The notes beneath the pieces were generated by a model. The model was not told the DNA's origin, did no database searches, and saw only the letters and a program-made list of their open reading frames with translations. Source: Candidatus Thioglobus sp. (lineage in GTDB: Bacteria; Pseudomonadota; Gammaproteobacteria; PS1; Pseudothioglobaceae). From it: DNA of 60,035 nucleotides. Shown piece by piece: positions 52,885 to 60,035 of this stretch; the stretch's first letter is position 1, and the number at the start of each line of letters is the position of its first letter. The DNA lies in contig JAQWLF010000158.1 in assembly GCA_029247465.1 (NCBI GenBank), positions 1 to 60,035 of the forward strand, read 5' to 3'. A program made the position numbers and the translations under genes.

Positions 52885-54186
52885 ATGGGAAAATCATCCT
52901 TCTTTGGTCCTGAAACAATATCTTTACATACTGGATATCAGCCTGACCCCTCCTTTGGTAGCAGAGCGGTTCCTGTGTACCAAACAACCTCATATGTTTT
53001 TGAAACGGTTGATGATGCCGCAGCTCTTTTTAATATTGAAAAGGGTGGTCATATCTATAGTCGCATGACCAACCCAACTGTTGCGGTTTTAGAGCAAAGA
53101 ATTGCGGCTCTAGAAGGTGGCGTAGGTGCTATCTGCACTGCCTCAGGAATGAGCGCACTTTTTGTTACATTTATGACGCTTTGTTCTGCTGGTGACCATA
53201 TTGTAAGCGCCTCACAGATCTATGGATCGACAGGAACTCTGCTCAAGCACACTCTTAAAAGATTTAATATTGATTGTACTTTTATCTCTATAAATGATGA
53301 AAAATCTTTAAAGGAAGCTATTCAAGATAATACAAAACTTGTGTTTTGTGAGTCAATAGGAAATCCTGGGCTTGAGGTTTCTGACCTGCCTAAAATTTCT
53401 AAAATTGCCCATCAAAACAAACTCCCTCTTGTAATAGATGCTACTTTTTCAACTCCAGCGCTTTGCAAGCCCTTCGATCATGGGGCTGATGTTGTTGTTC
53501 ACTCTGTAACTAAATGGATTGGTGGTCACGGCGTAGCGGTGGGAGGCGTAATAGTTGATGGTGGCTCTTTCGACTGGGGTTCTAGTAAAAAACACCCTAC
53601 TCTAACAACCCCATATGAACCTTTTCATGGCATAAACTTCTGGGAGGAGTTTGGGCCATCAGCTCTGTCTATGAAAATTAGAGCAGAATCTATGAGAGAC
53701 TTTGGTCCTGCTATGAGTCCTCATAGCGCATTTTTGCTACTTCAAGGCATTGAAACTCTTACTCTGCGAATGAATCAACATGTAAAGAATGCTGTCAAAC
53801 TCTCTAAGTGGCTCCTAGAACAATCGCCTGTTATGTGGGTTAATCATCCAGATCTGCCAGAAAACCCGACACATGAAGTTGCAAAAACCCTGTTTCCAAA
53901 TGGTGCTGGCTCAATGCTATGTTTTGGCGTTAAAGGAGGCAGGGAGGGTGGTGCAGCATTTATTGATGCACTCAAATTATCGTCTAATTTAGCAAACGTC
54001 GGTGACTCAAGAACTCTAGTTCTTCATCCAGCAAGCACTACTCACTCTCGCCTTGATGATGAGGCAATGAAAGCTTCTGGAAGTAGTCCTGACTTAATAC
54101 GTGTATCTGTAGGACTTGAGTCTATAGACGATATTATTCATGACTTTAAAGCAGGACTTAAAGCGGTCGATAAGGCTACTTCATAA
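52885..54186 (+). CDS. O-acetylhomoserine aminocarboxypropyltransferase (MetY-like sulfhydrylase)
   Basis: RAVPVYQTTSY, YSRMTNPT, PLP lysine HSVTKWIGGHG, ANVGD, HPASTTH. Confidence 0.92.
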   Translation: MGKSSFFGPETISLHTGYQPDPSFGSRAVPVYQTTSYVFETVDDAAALFNIEKGGHIYSRMTNPTVAVLEQRIAALEGGVGAICTASGMSALFVTFMTLCSAGDHIVSASQIYGSTGTLLKHTLKRFNIDCTFISINDEKSLKEAIQDNTKLVFCESIGNPGLEVSDLPKISKIAHQNKLPLVIDATFSTPALCKPFDHGADVVVHSVTKWIGGHGVAVGGVIVDGGSFDWGSSKKHPTLTTPYEPFHGINFWEEFGPSALSMKIRAESMRDFGPAMSPHSAFLLLQGIETLTLRMNQHVKNAVKLSKWLLEQSPVMWVNHPDLPENPTHEVAKTLFPNGAGSMLCFGVKGGREGGAAFIDALKLSSNLANVGDSRTLVLHPASTTHSRLDDEAMKASGSSPDLIRVSVGLESIDDIIHDFKAGLKAVDKATS

Positions 54187-54974
54187 TGAACATTGTTGTT
54201 GATGGGCATAATACTTTTGTTGCAACCGGTGGTTGTACATTTGATCCAAAAAAACCGACGGTAGTTTTTGTTCATGGAAGCGGACTAGACCATAGGTCTT
54301 GGGCTCTTCAAGCTAGATGGTTTGCATTTCATGGATTCTCAGTATTTGCTCCTGACCTTCCAGGTCATAGTCTTTCAGAAGGTGAGCCCATAAAATCTAT
54401 TGAAGGCATGGGCAAATGGCTTGTAAAGGCCCTTAAAGTAGCTGGGTGTGAATCGATACATCTAGTAGGACACTCTCAGGGCTTCCTAGTTGCACTAGAG
54501 GCGGCCGACTCCTTAGGAACTAAATTAAAAACATTAACCGCAGTTGCAAGCGCTACATCTATTCCTGTAAATGAAGCCCTAGTTGAAGCTGCTAAAAAAA
54601 CACCTGGTGATGCTGCCGAAATGTTGCTTAAATGGGGATTTGGCAGTCAAACAAAGTCTGGATTCAGTGCCGTCCCTGGCATGCAGCCCATAGGCATTGG
54701 TATCCAAATTATGTCTAACAACCCTCTAGCTGAAGATCTTGTCGCTTGTACTGAATATAAAAATGGAATAAATTGTGCTAAAAAAACCCATATTCCATCA
54801 AATGTAATTCTTGCAGCCGAAGACAAGAATACACCATATCGATTTGGCTTGGAGTTAGCAGGCTTGCTAAACGCAAAAACCACAACTATTTCTAATGCGG
54901 GGCATATGCTTCCGATTGAGTCACCAAAAGACACTCTTGATGCTATCAAATCATTTATTTTAAAAAACACCTAA
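54186..54974 (+). CDS. Alpha/beta hydrolase
   Basis: VHGSG, PDLPGH, GHSQG nucleophile, AGHM; TAATG-coupled to neighbours. Confidence 0.88.
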   Translation: MNIVVDGHNTFVATGGCTFDPKKPTVVFVHGSGLDHRSWALQARWFAFHGFSVFAPDLPGHSLSEGEPIKSIEGMGKWLVKALKVAGCESIHLVGHSQGFLVALEAADSLGTKLKTLTAVASATSIPVNEALVEAAKKTPGDAAEMLLKWGFGSQTKSGFSAVPGMQPIGIGIQIMSNNPLAEDLVACTEYKNGINCAKKTHIPSNVILAAEDKNTPYRFGLELAGLLNAKTTTISNAGHMLPIESPKDTLDAIKSFILKNT

Positions 54975-57271
54975 TGTCAAATCAAATCAAAAAAGTTGGC
55001 GTTATTGGCGCCGGAACGATGGGTGCTGGAATTGCAGGTCAAGTAGCAAATGCAGGAATAGAGGTTTGGCTTCTCGATCTTCCTAGCGACGGTGAAAACG
55101 TAAACAGCTTATCAGCCAAAGGGCTTGAAAGGCTTAAAGATCCAGATATGCCAGGCCTTATGAGTGTAGAAGCTGAAAAGCTTATAAATCTTGGGAATAC
55201 TAGAGACCACTTTCATGAACTAGAAGATTGCGACTGGGTTGCTGAAGCTGTTGTTGAAAGACTTGATATTAAACAAGCTCTCTACCAAAGACTTAATAAC
55301 ACCTGCAAAGAATCAACAATCATAACCTCCAACACTTCTACGATTCCAATTAGTCTCTTGACAGAGGGAATGCCAAGAAAGTTTTGTGAGCGCTTTGCAA
55401 TAACTCATTTTTTTAACCCTGTTCGATTTATGAGACTGCTTGAATTAGTGCGTGGCGAATTTACTAGAGATGATGTTATTAATACACTTGATTTTTTTAG
55501 TGAAACGATGCTTGGAAAAGGCGTTGTTTCATGCTCTGATACTCCAGGCTTTCTTGCTAACAGAGTTGGTGTTTTTGCTATCCAATGTGCTCTGCATAAA
55601 GCATTTGAATATAAACTGTCACCAACAGAAGCAGATGCTTTTTTTGGTAGGCCTCTAGGCCTTCCAAAGACAGGCGTTTTTGGCCTATATGATTTAATCG
55701 GTATTGACCTTATGGCGGATGTAGTCAAAAGCCTTGTAAGCATCCTTCCAGAAAATGATGCTTTTCATAAATACTCGTCACCAATTGAGTTTATGACCGA
55801 TATGATTGCAAATGGTCAAACTGGAAATAAAAACGAAAAAGGTTTTTATAAACAAGTTGGCGACGAAAGGAAAGTAATCGATTTATCCAATGGAAATTAT
55901 GTTGCTCATGAGCGATTAAAAACTCCTCTTCTCGAAGAAGCAGAAAAAACTGGTATTCCCTTTATTATCAACGACAAAAGCGCATATGGTCTTTATATAT
56001 GGGATGTAATTGCAGAGACACTCTGCTATGCTGCATCTCTTGTGCCAGAGGTTACTGATGATTTAACGCAAATAGATGATGCGATGAAGCTTGGTTATAA
56101 CTGGGTCAAGGGTCCTTTTGAGCTTTTAGATGAAATTGGAATTGAGTACTTTGTCGATAGACTTAAAAATGCCGGTAGAGATGTTCCAGAATTCCTTATT
56201 AAAGGCCTTGATAATAAATTTTATAATAATTCAAAATCAGGATTAAGCTCATTGACCCCTGATGGAAATCTAAAGCCAATTATTAGGTCAGACGGTGTCC
56301 TTAGATTTTCTGAAGTTCGTCAAACGCTTAAAGCAATAAACTCCAATGAATCTGCCAGCTGGTTTGAGTATGAAGATGCTGCAATTGTTGAATTTCATTC
56401 AAAAGCTAATGCGCTGGATAGTGAGTCTTTGGACATGATTGCTGACGCAATAACTGAGTCTGAAAAAATCGGCTTACGTGGTGTTGTAATTCACAATGAC
56501 TTCCAGCATTTCTCTTGTGGAGTAAGTCTTTGGAGTGTTAGGAATTGCTTTGAAAAAAATGACTTTGACTCACTTGATGCGTTTCTTATTTACTTTCAAA
56601 ATACAATGTTGCAAATGAGAAACTCAAAACTGCCTGTAATTGCTGCGCCAGTAGGTATGTCAATTGGTGGTGGATTTGAGGTTGTACTTCATGCTGATCA
56701 TGTTGTTGGTCATGCTAACTCGGTGATGGGTCTTGTTGAGTCTTTTGTAGGAGTTGTTCCAGCAGGAGGCGGATGCAAAGAAACGCTTTATAGGTGGGCT
56801 GAAAATCTAGAAGATGACCGCAAGGCTGCTTGGAAATCATTTATGAATATTGGCCTTGGAAGACGAGCTAATTCTCCCCAAGAAGCTAATGCTCTATCTA
56901 TGAGAAGACCCAATGATATTTTTCATATGAATCGAGATCGCATACTTAATAGTGCACTTTCATCAATTGACAAAACCTCAAAAGCAAAAGCCAGAAAACC
57001 TCTAGCCCTCTCAGGGGCCGAACACTTTGAAGAAATGCTTGAATGGCTTACAACAAATCATAAAAAGGGCATGCTTACTCCACATGATGTCACTGTTGGA
57101 ACTGAAATTGGACGAATTATGACTGGTGGAGATTGTCCTGCTGGAACTATTTTTACTGAACAAGATATTTTAGATGCAGAGCGCTCTTCATTTATCATGC
57201 TTGCTCAAACGCAAGAAACACAAGCAAGGATTGTATCCATGTTAGATAATGGAATTACACTTAGAAATTAA
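54974..57271 (+). CDS. 3-hydroxyacyl-CoA dehydrogenase/enoyl-CoA hydratase fusion (FadN-type domain order)
   Basis: GAGTMG, SNTST, HFFNP, GFLANR; C-terminal crotonase GGGFE...GLVE. Confidence 0.92.
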   Translation: MSNQIKKVGVIGAGTMGAGIAGQVANAGIEVWLLDLPSDGENVNSLSAKGLERLKDPDMPGLMSVEAEKLINLGNTRDHFHELEDCDWVAEAVVERLDIKQALYQRLNNTCKESTIITSNTSTIPISLLTEGMPRKFCERFAITHFFNPVRFMRLLELVRGEFTRDDVINTLDFFSETMLGKGVVSCSDTPGFLANRVGVFAIQCALHKAFEYKLSPTEADAFFGRPLGLPKTGVFGLYDLIGIDLMADVVKSLVSILPENDAFHKYSSPIEFMTDMIANGQTGNKNEKGFYKQVGDERKVIDLSNGNYVAHERLKTPLLEEAEKTGIPFIINDKSAYGLYIWDVIAETLCYAASLVPEVTDDLTQIDDAMKLGYNWVKGPFELLDEIGIEYFVDRLKNAGRDVPEFLIKGLDNKFYNNSKSGLSSLTPDGNLKPIIRSDGVLRFSEVRQTLKAINSNESASWFEYEDAAIVEFHSKANALDSESLDMIADAITESEKIGLRGVVIHNDFQHFSCGVSLWSVRNCFEKNDFDSLDAFLIYFQNTMLQMRNSKLPVIAAPVGMSIGGGFEVVLHADHVVGHANSVMGLVESFVGVVPAGGGCKETLYRWAENLEDDRKAAWKSFMNIGLGRRANSPQEANALSMRRPNDIFHMNRDRILNSALSSIDKTSKAKARKPLALSGAEHFEEMLEWLTTNHKKGMLTPHDVTVGTEIGRIMTGGDCPAGTIFTEQDILDAERSSFIMLAQTQETQARIVSMLDNGITLRN

Positions 57272-57282
57272 TAGTTAACACT

Positions 57283-58896
57283 ATGAACAAAAACCCTGCA
57301 AATTTTGTACCGCTTACACCTATTTCATTCTTACATAGGACTGCAGATGTTTATGGACACCATACTTCTGTAATTTATGAAAACAGAACCTACACTTGGA
57401 GTGAGTCAAGAGAAAGATGCACTCGTATCGCTTCAAGCTTAAAAGGCCACGGCGTTATGCCAGGAGATACAGTATCAGTTCTTGCATTTAATACGCCAGA
57501 AATGTTTGAGTCTCACTTTTCAATTCCCATGGCTGGTGCCGTTCTAAATACTATAAATATACGCCTTGATGCTGGAACAATTGCTCATATCCTTGACGAT
57601 AGTAAAGCAAAAATACTGCTTGTTGACAGAGAGCTGTTTGAAGTAGCGTCTGAGGCGTTATCTATCTCTTTGTCAACCCCAAAAGTAGTTTTAATAAATG
57701 ATTCATTTGCTGAGTCTAGTCCAGATGTAACTGGAAATACCATTGAATACGAAACTCTCGTTGAGAAAGGAGATCCGTCGTTTAAGTGGGTAAGGCCTGA
57801 CGATGAGTGGCAGCCCTTGTCACTCAACTATACTTCAGGAACAACTGGACAACCCAAAGGGGTTGTATATCATCACCGTGGATCTTATTTAATGAGCATG
57901 GGCACTGTTATTGGCTGGGAACTTCCAAACCATCCAGTATATCTATACTCTGTTCCAATGTTTCACTGCAATGGCTGGGGGCATGCCTGGACAATGGCTG
58001 CAGTTGCTGGAACGGTTATATGCCTTAGAGCCTTTTCACCCGAAAAAGTGTTTGACTTACTAGATACACATAACGTAACTCACTTTGGTGGAGCGCCAAT
58101 AATGCTGAATATGCTGGCCAATGCGCCAAAGGAAATACAAAAAACTTTTGATCGTGAAATTAAAGTTATGACTGCTGGCGCTCCACCACCAGCAAAAGTT
58201 CTCGAAAGCATGATGTCCCTAGGCTTTAATGTTATGCATGTTTACGGACTCACTGAAACTTATGGGCATATTCTTCAAGCCGCTCCTCAGGCCTCTTGGC
58301 TTAGTATGCCTCTGACAGAACTTGCAAAACTTAGTTCGCGCCAGGGTGTCCGCTTTCCAATGACTGAAGATGTGAGTGTAATTAGCCAAGAAACTGGCGA
58401 ACATGTTCCGCCAGATGGTGAGACAATTGGAGAGATTGTAATTCGTTGTAATACTTGTATGATGGGTTATTTTAATAACCCAGAAGCCACTGAAGAAGCA
58501 TTTGCTGATGACTGGTTCCATAGTGGCGACTTAGCTGTAATCCATAATGATGGCTACATTCAAATCAAAGACAGGTCAAAAGACATCATAATCTCTGGGG
58601 GAGAAAATATCTCTTCTGTAGAGATTGAAAACGTACTTTATCAGCACCTTTCAGTTGGAGAAGCTGCAGTTGTAGCAATGCCGGATGAGACTTGGGGAGA
58701 AGTGCCTTGTGCTTTTGTAGAACTAAAATCAGACTCGCTTGCCTCAGAAGAAGAGCTTATTGATTTTTGTAAGCAAAATATGGCTAAATTTAAGAGTCCA
58801 AAAAAAATTGTCTTTGGACCACTCCCAAAAACCGCAACTGGGAAAATTCAAAAGCATGTGCTTAGAGACTCGGTTAAGAGTGCTGGAGAAGCTTAA
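57283..58896 (+). CDS. Acyl-CoA synthetase, DmdB (3-methylmercaptopropionate-CoA ligase)-like
   Basis: ANFVPLTPISFL, YTSGTTGQPKG, PMFHCNGW, YGLTET, ISGGENISS, PKTATGK; followed by a DmdC-like gene. Confidence 0.85.
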   Translation: MNKNPANFVPLTPISFLHRTADVYGHHTSVIYENRTYTWSESRERCTRIASSLKGHGVMPGDTVSVLAFNTPEMFESHFSIPMAGAVLNTINIRLDAGTIAHILDDSKAKILLVDRELFEVASEALSISLSTPKVVLINDSFAESSPDVTGNTIEYETLVEKGDPSFKWVRPDDEWQPLSLNYTSGTTGQPKGVVYHHRGSYLMSMGTVIGWELPNHPVYLYSVPMFHCNGWGHAWTMAAVAGTVICLRAFSPEKVFDLLDTHNVTHFGGAPIMLNMLANAPKEIQKTFDREIKVMTAGAPPPAKVLESMMSLGFNVMHVYGLTETYGHILQAAPQASWLSMPLTELAKLSSRQGVRFPMTEDVSVISQETGEHVPPDGETIGEIVIRCNTCMMGYFNNPEATEEAFADDWFHSGDLAVIHNDGYIQIKDRSKDIIISGGENISSVEIENVLYQHLSVGEAAVVAMPDETWGEVPCAFVELKSDSLASEEELIDFCKQNMAKFKSPKKIVFGPLPKTATGKIQKHVLRDSVKSAGEA

Positions 58897-60035
58897 TGTC
58901 AAACTATACTGCCCCGGTGGAAGATATGGGATTTGTTTTAAGAGAGGTTGTTGAACTAGAAAAACTTTGCAGTGAAACTGGGCTTGAAGCCTCTACTGTT
59001 GACATCGTTGATACCGTTCTTGAAGCTGCAGGAAAGCTAGCAAGAGAAGAAATTGAACCTATTAATAAGCCTGGAGACCTTGAAGGCTTAATAATTAATA
59101 GTGCTGGAGAAGTAACTACAGCAACTGGCTTTAAAGATGCTTACCATCACTACGTTGAAGGTGGCTGGGGCTCGCTACAATTTGATACTAAATATGGCGG
59201 CCAAGGCGTGCCATTTGTTGTTGCAGCAAGTGTTCAAGAAATGTGGCACTCTGCAAATATGTCATGGGGTCTATGTCCACTTCTTACCCAGGGTGCAGTT
59301 GAGGCAATAACTCATAATGCAAGCGATGAGCTCAAGCAGCGCTACCTTCCAAAACTAATATCTGGGGAGTGGAGTGGCACAATGAATCTTACTGAGGGTG
59401 ATGCCGGAACTGATGTAGGCGCCCTTAAAACTCGCGCTACACCAGAAAAAGATCATTATTTAATACGTGGTCAAAAAGTATATATCACTTGGGGTGAGCA
59501 TGATATGACAGAAAATATTGTGCATTTAGTTTTAGCGCGCCTTCCTGATGCTCCTCTTGGTGTTAAGGGTATTTCGCTATTTTTAGTCCCAAAAATACTT
59601 GTAAATGATGATGGCTCCTTAGGAGAGGCAAATGACCTTAAGGCGCTGTCTTTAGAAGAGAAGATTGGAATTCATGCTTGCCCTACATGTGTAATGAGCT
59701 ATGGCGACAAAGCTGGCGCAATAGGATATTTGGTAGGTGAAGAAAATAAAGGCATGCAGTGCATGTTCACAATGATGAATAATGCGAGACTGACTGTTGG
59801 CCTTCAGGGCGTATCAGTGTCAGAGCGCGCCTATCAACAAGCGCTTAGTTTTTGTAACGTGCGCATTCAAGGGGTGGCTCCTGGATATAAAGAGGCTGGC
59901 CCAATAATTAGACACCCAGATGTCCAGCGCATGTTATCCAACATGAAGTCAATAACTGAAGCCTCTCGTGCCCTGACTTATTCTGCATGTGCTGAAGTTG
60001 ATTTTGCTGGTAGTGATTTACCCACAGAGGCTCTT
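58896..60035 (+). CDS. Acyl-CoA dehydrogenase, DmdC-like, truncated by the right window edge
   Basis: Not in the ORF track; ATG 58896 (TAATG) gives MSNYTAPVEDMGFVL...YGGQG...LCPLLTQGA...GTMNLTE...GQKVYITWGEHDMTENIVHLVLAR...KGISLFLVPK...MMNNARL. Confidence 0.92.
   Translation, partial: MSNYTAPVEDMGFVLREVVELEKLCSETGLEASTVDIVDTVLEAAGKLAREEIEPINKPGDLEGLIINSAGEVTTATGFKDAYHHYVEGGWGSLQFDTKYGGQGVPFVVAASVQEMWHSANMSWGLCPLLTQGAVEAITHNASDELKQRYLPKLISGEWSGTMNLTEGDAGTDVGALKTRATPEKDHYLIRGQKVYITWGEHDMTENIVHLVLARLPDAPLGVKGISLFLVPKILVNDDGSLGEANDLKALSLEEKIGIHACPTCVMSYGDKAGAIGYLVGEENKGMQCMFTMMNNARLTVGLQGVSVSERAYQQALSFCNVRIQGVAPGYKEAGPIIRHPDVQRMLSNMKSITEASRALTYSACAEVDFAGSDLPTEAL

Overview
AT-rich, tightly packed bacterial chromosome segment. 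The core genes are gammaproteobacterial and the accessory catabolic genes resemble those of marine heterotrophs; the best fit is the SUP05/Thioglobaceae clade (Ca. Pseudothioglobus-like), inferred from gene content rather than a search. Core blocks: trpF-trpB, smg-topA, rpmH-rnpA-yidD-yidC-kdsC, atpIBEFHAGDC, nadK-recN/grpE, dsbD-accBC-argC-erpA-citrate synthase-ubiEJB, rplY-pth-ychF-gpmI-rpe. Four catabolic modules lie among them. (1) 1-6581: a LacI-regulated operon with a HisD/HpsN-like dehydrogenase, an SDR, two SnoaL/NTF2 proteins, a cupin and a sugar-type ABC ATPase; substrate unknown. (2) 6779-11238: carnitine degradation (BKACE, LcdH-thioesterase) with an MttB-family methyltransferase. 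(3) 32891-37625: a trigonelline (tgn)-like operon. (4) 52885-end: a MetY/DmdB/DmdC-like operon. Non-coding signals include twin LacI-type operators, a secreted-protein gene flanked by a duplicated grpE 3' end, a 19-bp inverted repeat and candidate structured leader before the tgn-like operon, a candidate structured RNA before smg-topA, a probable aroQ relic and an rplY leader. I found no rRNA, tRNA, CRISPR array, transposase or integrase.
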